A stretch of DNA of 64,000 nucleotides from Candidatus Pacearchaeota archaeon UBA73. Lineage in GTDB: Archaea; Nanobdellota; Nanobdellia; Pacearchaeales; GW2011-AR1. The notes below the pieces were generated by a model. The model did not search any database and was not told where the DNA came from. It saw only the letters and a program-made list of their open reading frames with translations. Each line of letters begins with the position of its first letter. The stretch's first letter is position 1. Below are positions 17,298 through 25,563 of the stretch, piece after piece. Location: NCBI GenBank assembly GCA_002496015.1, contig DAIF01000006.1, positions 7,403 through 71,402 on the forward strand, read 5' to 3'. The position numbers and the translations under genes were made by a program.

Positions 17298-17873
17298 TTA
17301 AATTTCGTCGTCTAAAATTTCTATGTCTTTGCCGACGAGATCTTTTGATAAATCGTCTTTTGAGCTTTTTGTGGGGGCAGGGCTTTTTGATGTAGCTGCC
17401 TTGTGCATAAGTTCTTCTGCAGAAATGTCAAACTCTCTACCGTCTTTTCTGAGATTGATGCCGAGAGTTTTTTGGACTTTGTTTATTAGGACGAAGTCGT
17501 TTGAGGGTAGGCGGCCTGATTCGAGAATCTGTAGTTCTTCATCAGAGACGTCCATCATTCTTGCGAGTTGTTTTCTTGTCAAGCCGAGGCGTCTTCGGTT
17601 ATAGCGAATCTGCCAGTTGAAATTGTCAACGAGTTCTGAGATGACTTGTTTTTCGCGCCAGTCGGGGCGGGAGCGGATGTATTCACTGAGAGGTTTAGTT
17701 CTATCTGAGCGATCTTTTTTTTCTGTGAGGTAAGAAGGCGGTTGTTGTTTTTGCAGTTGCATGGGAGATTTTTTTAGAATGAGCAGACCTTCTCTTTTTG
17801 CGTAGCTTTCCGGAACTTTTACTATTCTGCCTTCTTCTATTGCTTCAACAAGGTCTTTTTGTCCGTAATCCAT
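17298..17873 (-). CDS. XRE-family helix-turn-helix protein (MBF1-like)
   Basis: HTH_3-like segment LTRKQLARMMDVSDEELQILESG with an acidic C-terminal tail. Confidence 0.55.
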   Translation of the reverse strand: MDYGQKDLVEAIEEGRIVKVPESYAKREGLLILKKSPMQLQKQQPPSYLTEKKDRSDRTKPLSEYIRSRPDWREKQVISELVDNFNWQIRYNRRRLGLTRKQLARMMDVSDEELQILESGRLPSNDFVLINKVQKTLGINLRKDGREFDISAEELMHKAATSKSPAPTKSSKDDLSKDLVGKDIEILDDEI

Positions 17874-17897
17874 CGTGAAAAATGGTAAGTTCGCTTT

Positions 17898-18647
17898 TTA
17901 TTGTTTATTGGTGTTCAATATAATCTTTTCCTGTCGGGATAGGTCGACGATGTTGTAAACACTGCCCGCAAGCGCATGGAAATTGTTCTGTTCAAATATT
18001 ATGTCTTCCATTTCAGAGAGAGTGACATCTTTTGTTACGACTTTTCTTTCATCGATTATTATCGCGGGAGCCCGAGAGATTCCATATTTCGATTTGATTA
18101 GTTCGATGGATTCCAGTTCGAGATTTGAAGCTATTGGAATAAGAAGTATTGAACCGCCGTGCCTCATTTTTAAGTCTGAAAGCATTCGGGATATTGCGGC
18201 TTGCCTGGCTCTTTGGTCTATATCTTCTGTGCCGTAATCAAACAAATATACGACTGTATGGAACTGGCTTGCACATTTTCTGTTAATTTCGATGGTGTGT
18301 GCCCAAAGGAGGGTTCTAAGAAGATCGTATCTTTTGTGGGCTGTGAGAAGTTCGCTTGTGAATTTATTTGATGAGTCATACTTTTCCAGCAAGCGGGCTT
18401 CTTCGTATGTTCGGTCCGCGAATTTGAATGTGCTTTCGATGGCGAGATCGCAACTGATGTTAAATGCTCCGATGTTCAGATTGCGTATCTGTTCATCTAG
18501 CAGACTCATCTCGGCATTTGTCAAAGCCAGTTGGGCTCTGTCGACACGATTGCTCTCTATTGCGAAACCTATTACTAAGCCTGTTAGGAAGATTATTATT
18601 GTCACTGCTAAGGATTGGATGAATACATTTTTGTTTTGAGTTACCAT
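17898..18647 (-). CDS. membrane-anchored (N-terminal TM) extracytoplasmic protein, unknown function
   Basis: Single N-terminal TM. Its start overlaps the stop of the downstream GT2 gene, which suggests an operon. Confidence 0.45.
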   Translation of the reverse strand: MVTQNKNVFIQSLAVTIIIFLTGLVIGFAIESNRVDRAQLALTNAEMSLLDEQIRNLNIGAFNISCDLAIESTFKFADRTYEEARLLEKYDSSNKFTSELLTAHKRYDLLRTLLWAHTIEINRKCASQFHTVVYLFDYGTEDIDQRARQAAISRMLSDLKMRHGGSILLIPIASNLELESIELIKSKYGISRAPAIIIDERKVVTKDVTLSEMEDIIFEQNNFHALAGSVYNIVDLSRQEKIILNTNKQ

Positions 18648-19879
18648 GAGTATTTTCCTCGGATTAATTTTATGACTGCGACCAGCGTGATAATCGGATA
18701 GATTGTCAGATAAACTAATTGAAAGAACAGGATATTAAAAGTATTCGCTTTTTTGAACTCATTGTCTTTTACACTTAAAAGTGAAAAAAGAGTGAAGCCG
18801 ATGCCTAAGAAGAACAGAGCTGCTCCGAAGAAGTTGAGTATTGATGGCACGAATGTCAGCTCTTCAAGGCGGAGGATCGTGGCCTGAGCGGCTATCGAAT
18901 ACTGTGTTGAGAGATAACTTACGATGAGATTTCGCGCCATGAGGTAGACGAAGAGGCATAAGCCGAAAAGTCCGAGGAACAGCGAGACTGTGAAGAAAGG
19001 GATTATGAAGAAACCGAACATTCCGCCTTTTGTTGTGTCCTTTAAGTATTTGATGTTCGTTTGTGTTCCGCCGATGGACCAGCGAATTCTTTGTCGCCAC
19101 CATTGCCTGAATTTGGGCGGGGATTCGGAGTGGACTTGGGTGGCGAGACACATGCGCGCGCGATATCCGTGGGCGCGGAGACGCCAGACAATCTCAATGT
19201 CTTGAGTGAGATTTTTTGTGTCAAAATAACCTACTTCGACTATTGCTTTTTTTCTATATAACGCGAATGGTCCCGGGGTGACGTAGACTGCGTCGATGAG
19301 GTCTAGGAGTTTTCTTGTGAATGCAATTATTTTATATTCTATGGCTTGGATTGTTTGGAACCATTTTTTAGGATTCTTTACCAGGACTGAGCAGGTAACG
19401 GCTGCGGTTTTTGGGTCTTGTTGGATAAAGCCAATCATCTTTTTCAGCGCGTCTTTCTGCGGGAACGAGTCTGCGTCGGTAACTGCGATGTAGTCAAACT
19501 TTGCCGCTTTGATGCCGATGTTTGTCGGCTCGGCTGCTCCGCCGGAATTACGGGAATTGACGATGACTTTTACATTCTTGTATTTTTTCTCGTATTGTTT
19601 TGCTACTTCTACTGAATTGTCTTTTGATTTGTCGTCTACGACAATTATCTCTAACATTTCTTTTGGGTAATCTAATTCTAACAAGGATTGGATTGTGCGG
19701 CCTATAGTTTTGCCTTCATTATAACACGGGACGATGATACTGACTGGCTCTGGTTTGAATGGGGGATAAGAGAAAAGCTTTTTGCGGTTTGGCAGATAGA
19801 TAAGTATCATCAGGACTGACATGTAAAGTCCGATGAACATATAAACTAAGAATATTACATCAATTGTTGTTAGGTTCAT
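18641..19879 (-). CDS. family-2 glycosyltransferase, processive type (cellulose/chitin-synthase-like)
   Basis: DDKSKD, TDADS, and QRIRW (the QxxRW motif), with N- and C-terminal TM helices. Confidence 0.8.
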   Translation of the reverse strand: MNLTTIDVIFLVYMFIGLYMSVLMILIYLPNRKKLFSYPPFKPEPVSIIVPCYNEGKTIGRTIQSLLELDYPKEMLEIIVVDDKSKDNSVEVAKQYEKKYKNVKVIVNSRNSGGAAEPTNIGIKAAKFDYIAVTDADSFPQKDALKKMIGFIQQDPKTAAVTCSVLVKNPKKWFQTIQAIEYKIIAFTRKLLDLIDAVYVTPGPFALYRKKAIVEVGYFDTKNLTQDIEIVWRLRAHGYRARMCLATQVHSESPPKFRQWWRQRIRWSIGGTQTNIKYLKDTTKGGMFGFFIIPFFTVSLFLGLFGLCLFVYLMARNLIVSYLSTQYSIAAQATILRLEELTFVPSILNFFGAALFFLGIGFTLFSLLSVKDNEFKKANTFNILFFQLVYLTIYPIITLVAVIKLIRGKYSW

Positions 19880-20408
19880 TTTCTTCTATGGTGGCGAGCG
19901 GGTCGCCTTTGTTGAGGTGGAAGTATTCGTAGAATTTTTCTGTGAGTGACAGCTCGGATGTGTGCCCCATTTTTTTCTTGTTGACAAGGCCTAGTTCGAC
20001 GAAGCGTTTAATATGGTCGTAAGCTTTGTTTCCGCGTATTTTTATTACCACTGATTGTTTCATCGGCTGTTTGTAGGCAATCATTGCGAGGGTTTCCTGT
20101 TCGGCTTTTGTGAATTCGCTTGCGCCGGTTGCGAGTTTGTTTACCATCTCGACAAAGTCCTCGGCGATGTCCATCTTCCAGGTGTTTTCCTGACGGAGGA
20201 TAGTTATTCCGGCATCTTTGTACTTGAATTCCAGATCGGCTAGCAGTTTCTTTAATAGGATCGGGTTTATGTCTGTGATGGCAATGAGTTCCTGAAGAGT
20301 CATGAACCTGCCGGAGAGGAAAAGCGCGGCTTCTATTTTTCTGAGGTTTTGGGTTTCAATTTCGCTGTCCAGTTCTTCAACGTTTCTTTCTGTGAGATGG
20401 GAGTCCAT
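19860..20408 (-). CDS. scpB: segregation and condensation protein B-like (ScpB, winged helix)
   Basis: EAALFLSGRFMTLQEL ... LTEKFYEYF pattern typical of ScpB tandem winged helices. Confidence 0.65.
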   Translation of the reverse strand: MDSHLTERNVEELDSEIETQNLRKIEAALFLSGRFMTLQELIAITDINPILLKKLLADLEFKYKDAGITILRQENTWKMDIAEDFVEMVNKLATGASEFTKAEQETLAMIAYKQPMKQSVVIKIRGNKAYDHIKRFVELGLVNKKKMGHTSELSLTEKFYEYFHLNKGDPLATIEENEPNNN

Positions 20409-20616
20409 TGATTTATCTGGGAAGGCAGGGTTTTAAGTTTTGTTGTAGGATAATTATGTTGGGGATTGGTATAACTTTTTATGGCGGTTACCAGACTGCA
20501 GCCATGAAATTGGGTGAGAGTGAATCATAAATTGTTAGATTGTATTCTTTTGTTAATTAAATCATCTTTTTTAACTCACTCGATGACTTTGAATTTTTGG
20601 GAAACTGCTAGGGTAA

Positions 20617-21201
20617 TTATCTTAATAATCCAATCAAAATTCCTTCGATGATTGCGGCGAGAATCAGGAGGGGAATGATTATCATAAGGAAGACGTTTAT
20701 GGAGTTGTAGAATCTTCTTTTGAATTCTTTCCATCGGCGTTTTTGGGGAATGAACCAGGACAAGCCGAGTTTTATGCCCAAGCCAAATGAGACGAAAATT
20801 GCCGGGAGCTCGAAGATGCCATGGGGCAGGAGGCGCCACCATTCGGTTATGCCTGATATTTCGGTGACTTTTGAGAGGACGTAGCCGAGGACGATGCCAT
20901 TTGTCAGCCCGCTGATAATTGGGAAAATGCCGAGAAATATTCCGCCGATGATTGTCAGGAAGGAACTTTGAAGATTGTTTTGTAGGATAAAGAACACCAT
21001 CTCTGGAGTGTTAAGCCCGGCTGTTTTGTTGAGTAGGTCTTTAAGGATTTCGTTTATCATGGCAGAGAATTCGTTCTGGAAGAGAAAACCGATGAGCGCG
21101 CCAAAGATGAATATAAAGATTGAGACGATGATGTAGTATCTTGATTCGTTTACGTAAGAGGTTGCTTCTTTGAATTGAGTTTTTATTTTTAGAGATTTCA
21201 T
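20617..21201 (-). CDS. SpoIIM-like/DUF95 membrane protein
   Basis: Five to six TM segments and LLPHGIFELPAIFVSFGLG, the conserved H-G...ELPA motif of the family. Confidence 0.55.
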   Translation of the reverse strand: MKSLKIKTQFKEATSYVNESRYYIIVSIFIFIFGALIGFLFQNEFSAMINEILKDLLNKTAGLNTPEMVFFILQNNLQSSFLTIIGGIFLGIFPIISGLTNGIVLGYVLSKVTEISGITEWWRLLPHGIFELPAIFVSFGLGIKLGLSWFIPQKRRWKEFKRRFYNSINVFLMIIIPLLILAAIIEGILIGLLR

Positions 21202-21409
21202 CTTCTTATCTGGAGAGGGATGTATAAAAGGATTTGGGATTAGTTCTATTAAAGATTAACTCTCGTCTCGCCACTCTAGACAATTCGCCCAAGCTAAATA
21301 ACTCACGGACTTTGCCCGCTTTTTTCGTAACCTGTTGTCGGCGAAGTTATTCTGTTACTATTTGAAAATTAACATAAACTTATATAAATAAATTTTTAAA
21401 TTTTAAGTT

Positions 21410-22102
21410 ATGTTTTTCGGAAAAAAAGAGGAGAAGGCTCAATTGCCTGATTTACCGCCGTTGCCTCCCTCAGACCAAAAGTCTTTGCCGCAAGCGATGC
21501 CAGTTTTTCCAGAGTCACCTGAGAAGAGGCGGGCTTATGAAGGAATGAGTGGTTCGGTCCAACCGGTTGGGAGGAATGAATTGTATTTGAATAGTCCGCA
21601 GCCGATGGCTGAAAAGAAGGTTAAGGTCGTTGAGATGCAGGAGTGGCAGCCGCAGAACCCACAGTACAACCTGCCGACATTGTCATCCAAGGAACGTTCA
21701 GAGTTGGAAGAAGATTATGAAGAAGAAATACCTGAGCTTCCGCGTATGCCACAGATTTCTGAGCCTGAAGAAATTGAGGAAGAGATATCGCCTCCGAAGC
21801 CAAGAGAGCTTTCCAACTTACCTTCTTCTAAAGGAAGATATGTTCATCGGAAGGCGTCTTTGAAGATTACTCAACCTCAACAGACGGCGGATGTTTTTGT
21901 AAGGATTGATAAATTCCATGCGGCTAGGAAGTCTCTGAGTGAGATAAAGAATAGACTTAATGACATGGACGAGCTTGTCCGACGGATTAGAGATACAAAG
22001 CTGAAAGAGGAGCAGGAGCTTGCGGGTTGGGAGAAGGAGTTGTTACAGATAAAAACTCGCGTGCAGACTGTCGCAGAGAATATTTTTGAGAAGGTGGAAT
22101 AA
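21410..22102 (+). CDS. Pro/Glu-rich protein with C-terminal coiled coil, unknown function
   Basis: Low-complexity P/E-rich N-terminal half and a heptad-like C-terminal ~90 aa. Confidence 0.45.
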   Translation: MFFGKKEEKAQLPDLPPLPPSDQKSLPQAMPVFPESPEKRRAYEGMSGSVQPVGRNELYLNSPQPMAEKKVKVVEMQEWQPQNPQYNLPTLSSKERSELEEDYEEEIPELPRMPQISEPEEIEEEISPPKPRELSNLPSSKGRYVHRKASLKITQPQQTADVFVRIDKFHAARKSLSEIKNRLNDMDELVRRIRDTKLKEEQELAGWEKELLQIKTRVQTVAENIFEKVE

Positions 22103-22445
22103 AATGGTAGGGTCTGAATATGTGCTGCTCTCTCCGCCGGAGAAGAACTTTGGACATAAAAATCTTTTAGGGGCGCAGCTTCAGCTTTTGAGATTGACAC
22201 AAAGTTTTCATAAGTTTAGAGTCTTAAGAGATGAAGAGCTCATTTTGAAGATAACTTTGAAGAATTATATCGAGGAGACGCATCGGGAAATTCAACGGCT
22301 CGAGAGATTTTTGCCGAAAGCAACTTACAAAGAGGAGAAAGAAGAAGATGGCGAAGACAAGGAAGACAAGGCTAAGAAATTGTCGTTAGAAGAAGAGATC
22401 GCGAAAGTGCGGGCGAAGTTAAGCAAGCTGCAAGAGAGCATGTAA
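22086..22445 (+). CDS. small coiled-coil protein, unknown function
   Basis: Start overlaps the stop of the upstream gene. Helical with a Lys/Glu-rich C-terminus. Confidence 0.4.
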   Translation: MRRWNKMVGSEYVLLSPPEKNFGHKNLLGAQLQLLRLTQSFHKFRVLRDEELILKITLKNYIEETHREIQRLERFLPKATYKEEKEEDGEDKEDKAKKLSLEEEIAKVRAKLSKLQESM

Positions 22446-22733
22446 TTTATTGCAATAACTTTTATACATCTTTTGATAGTTGATTTGATTGGCAAGCATG
22501 TTGTTGTGACTGTGGGAGCAATGACGCGGGAGGAAACTGTGCGTAGATTGTTTTTAGTCATAATAATAGATGTCTTGTCTGGAGTTTGTTGATTTTGTTT
22601 AAGTTGTGTCGGTGATGAGCAACTTTTAAAATATCTGCGCGCGTGGCTGCGAGCAGGGTGCAGACATCTCGAAAAATTCTAACAGAGCAGGCTACACCGT
22701 CAAAAATAAATAGTCTCCTCTCTTAAATAAAAA

Positions 22734-23825
22734 ATGTCCCCAATAAAAGTAGCGATAACTGGCATTGGCAACTGCGCCTCATCTTTAATTCAGGGTATTC
22801 ATTACTACAAAGGCTCTTCTCTCGAGTCGATTGGACTAATGCACCACAATCTCGCAGGTTATCTTCCAGAAGATATCAAAATCGTTGCTGCCTTCGATAT
22901 CGATAAAAGAAAAGTCGGTAAAGATCTTTCCCAAGCAATTTTTGCTCCTCCAAACTGCACAAAAATCTTCCAAAAAGAAATTCCGCATTTAGGTGTAACA
23001 GTAAAGATGGGCAAAATTCTGGACTCTTTCTCGGAACACCTGGAAGAATTTCCCCACGAAGAACGCTTCTTGCCTTCATTTATTCCAGAACCAACAAAAC
23101 AAGAAATAATTGAAGAACTAAAAAATTCTCAGACAGAAATCCTGATAAACTACCTTCCCGTTGGCAGCGAAGAAGCTGTAAAATTTTACGCCGAATGCGC
23201 GCTTGAAGCAAACTGCGCTTTCATAAACTGCATGCCTGTTTTCATCGCTTCAAATCCTGAATGGGCTACCCGCTTTGAACAAAAAAATCTCCCGATTATT
23301 GGAGATGACATTAAATCGCAGCTTGGCGCAACCATAGTTCACCGTGTTCTTTCTAACTTATTCAAAAAACGCGGCATCAAACTCGAAAGAACCTATCAAC
23401 TAAACACTGGCGGCAACACCGACTTCCTTAATATGCTAAACCGTTCAAGATTAAAATCAAAAAAAATCTCAAAAACAGAAGCAGTCAAATCCGTCTCAGC
23501 CCCGATAGAAAACAGAAACATTCACGTCGGTCCTTCCGACTACGTCCCTTGGCAGAAAGACAATAAAATCTGCTATATCAGAATGGAAGGCAAACAATTT
23601 GGCGACATTCCAATGGAACTCGATCTGAAACTTTCGGTAGAAGACTCGCCAAATTCTGCCGGAATTGTCATCGATGCAATTCGTTGCTGTAAACTCGCTC
23701 TCGATCGCAGCCAGGGAGGCATCCTCCACGCCCCTTCCGCTTACTTCATGAAACATCCACCAAAGCAAATTCCTGACGACATCGCACACGACATGGTTGA
23801 AAAATTCATTCACTCGGAAGTTTAG
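22734..23825 (+). CDS. ino1: myo-inositol-1-phosphate synthase
   Basis: Very close to bacterial/archaeal MIPS from memory: VGNCASSL.QG, LPVGSEEA.KFYA.CA, IGDDIKSQ.GATI.HRVL, GPSD.V.W. Confidence 0.85.
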   Translation: MSPIKVAITGIGNCASSLIQGIHYYKGSSLESIGLMHHNLAGYLPEDIKIVAAFDIDKRKVGKDLSQAIFAPPNCTKIFQKEIPHLGVTVKMGKILDSFSEHLEEFPHEERFLPSFIPEPTKQEIIEELKNSQTEILINYLPVGSEEAVKFYAECALEANCAFINCMPVFIASNPEWATRFEQKNLPIIGDDIKSQLGATIVHRVLSNLFKKRGIKLERTYQLNTGGNTDFLNMLNRSRLKSKKISKTEAVKSVSAPIENRNIHVGPSDYVPWQKDNKICYIRMEGKQFGDIPMELDLKLSVEDSPNSAGIVIDAIRCCKLALDRSQGGILHAPSAYFMKHPPKQIPDDIAHDMVEKFIHSEV

Positions 23826-23941
23826 GGTTTGTCCAAGGACTTAGAGACGAGCGCACTTCGCCCTAACACTAGGCAAAATCAATAAATTCCAGACAGAACA
23901 AAAACAGAAAGTTTTTTAATCCCCTTTTTTCAAAAGAATGT

Positions 23942-24691
23942 ATGCAGGAGAGACTTCTTAAAAAAATCATAACTGAATTCGCAGGAATCGAAGCTGAAAA
24001 GCTAGTTGACCTTCTCTACAAGAAACAGAATGTCAACGAGTTCCTCATCGCGAAAAAAATGAACCTTACCATAAATCAGACACGAAACATGCTCTACAAA
24101 CTCGCCGATTCCGGTCTTGTCCAATTTATCCGGAAAAAGGATAAGAAGAAAGGCGGATGGTATACTTACTTCTGGACCCTAAAAGTTAAGAGAGTCCTCC
24201 AGAAATACAAAGAGAAGCTCGAAGAAGAATCAAAGAAACTTGAAGAACAAGTTAACAAAAGACAGAACGAAAGATTCTATTACAGTCCGCTTGCAGATTT
24301 GGAATACACTGAAGAGGAAGCGATACTCAACGATTACATCTGCCCAGAGACCGGCGAGGTCCTACAACTCAAAGACAACACTCCCGAAATCGAGAAGATG
24401 AAAAATGGGATAAAAGACATTCAGAAACAGATAGTACTTATCGATGAAGATATTCTGGAAATAGAAAAGAAAGAGGAAAAGGTGAAAGAGAAAAGACTAC
24501 AGGAAGAAAAAAAGCAAAAGGATGAGGAGAGGCAAAAAAGAAAGGTGGAAAGGGAAAAACTCAAAGCAAAAGAATCAAAAAAGAAAGAACCAAAAAGAGA
24601 AGCAAAGAAAAAAACGCCTGCTAAAAAAGTTGCGGGAAAGAAATCCTCGTTTGTACAAAAGACGATAAAAAAATTCTCTAAGAAAAAATGA
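23942..24691 (+). CDS. tfe: transcription factor E alpha (TFE/TFIIE-alpha homologue) with Lys/Glu-rich tail
   Basis: N-terminal winged helix ending KKKGGWYTYFWTL, matching the TFE-alpha KDSGWFIYYW signature. No clear zinc ribbon. Confidence 0.65.
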   Translation: MQERLLKKIITEFAGIEAEKLVDLLYKKQNVNEFLIAKKMNLTINQTRNMLYKLADSGLVQFIRKKDKKKGGWYTYFWTLKVKRVLQKYKEKLEEESKKLEEQVNKRQNERFYYSPLADLEYTEEEAILNDYICPETGEVLQLKDNTPEIEKMKNGIKDIQKQIVLIDEDILEIEKKEEKVKEKRLQEEKKQKDEERQKRKVEREKLKAKESKKKEPKREAKKKTPAKKVAGKKSSFVQKTIKKFSKKK

Positions 24692-25392
24692 ACCGCGCAA
24701 GATTCCAAAAAAAGAAGAAAGGTCTTCTTTCGGTACTGAATTCCTTCTCAACAATAGCATGGCTAATCGCAATAACTATTTTGACATCCATCATCGGTCT
24801 TGTGATATTTTGGTTCTTTCCAGAGTATGCAGACTACATAGCCCTAAAACCATCAAATATTATGCAAGGAAAATATCTTTGGACAATCATTACACATATG
24901 TTCGTCCACGGTGGCATTGGTCACTTACTAATAAATATGTTCGTCCTCTTTTCACTTGGCAGTTTGTGCGAGAGAATAATTGGTAGAAAAAGATTCATTT
25001 GGTTCTATTTGCTTTCAGGAATTTTCGCGGGGCTGCTCTCGGTATTCCTTGCCGCTCAGTTTGGCGATACTGCATTGGGATCGAGGATTTTTGGCTCCCC
25101 GGACATTTCAATGGTCGGGGCTTCAGGTGCGATTTTTGCCATCGCTGGACTTTACGTAATGCTCCTCCCGCGATTAAAATTTATGATAATCTTCTTGCCA
25201 TTCTTCTCTCTGCCCGCCTACGTGATGGTGCCTCTAGTCCTTTTCGTCGTCTGGATAATCTCGGTAATCGGTGACTGGCCGATCGGCAATGTCGCTCACT
25301 TCGGCGGCTTCCTCGCAGGCATCATCTATGGTTTCTACCTTCGGACAAAATACAGTAGAAAAGTCGCAAAACTCCAAGGGATGTTCAGATAA
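24688..25392 (+). CDS. rhomboid-family intramembrane serine protease
   Basis: GASGAIFAIAG (the GxSG motif) and a catalytic His in AHFGGFLAGI. HMFVHGGIGHLLINM is also present. Six TM segments. Confidence 0.8.
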   Translation: MNRARFQKKKKGLLSVLNSFSTIAWLIAITILTSIIGLVIFWFFPEYADYIALKPSNIMQGKYLWTIITHMFVHGGIGHLLINMFVLFSLGSLCERIIGRKRFIWFYLLSGIFAGLLSVFLAAQFGDTALGSRIFGSPDISMVGASGAIFAIAGLYVMLLPRLKFMIIFLPFFSLPAYVMVPLVLFVVWIISVIGDWPIGNVAHFGGFLAGIIYGFYLRTKYSRKVAKLQGMFR

Positions 25393-25563
25393 TTTTCTTT
25401 GTGATTACAGCGCTTTTATATCTTCGAATTGTGTAGCAGGAAAATGGGATGTTTGGGAAAGGGTCAGATAATCTTTGGCAGCGAGGTAACAGGAGAGAAG
25501 ATTATTGTGAACACTGACTCGGGAAAATATGGTTTGCCAACAAATCCAATTCCAGACAGAATA

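Noticed and set aside
24480-24660. Possible tandem repeat or CRISPR-like periodicity in the A/G-rich stretch
   Set aside because: It is coding low complexity (the KEKxKE tail of TFE) with no repeat-spacer structure. No CRISPR array is present anywhere in the window.
24421-24772. Minus-strand Phe/Ser-rich ORFs
   Set aside because: They are antisense to the Lys/Glu-rich tail of TFE and to the rhomboid start, a low-complexity mirror artefact.
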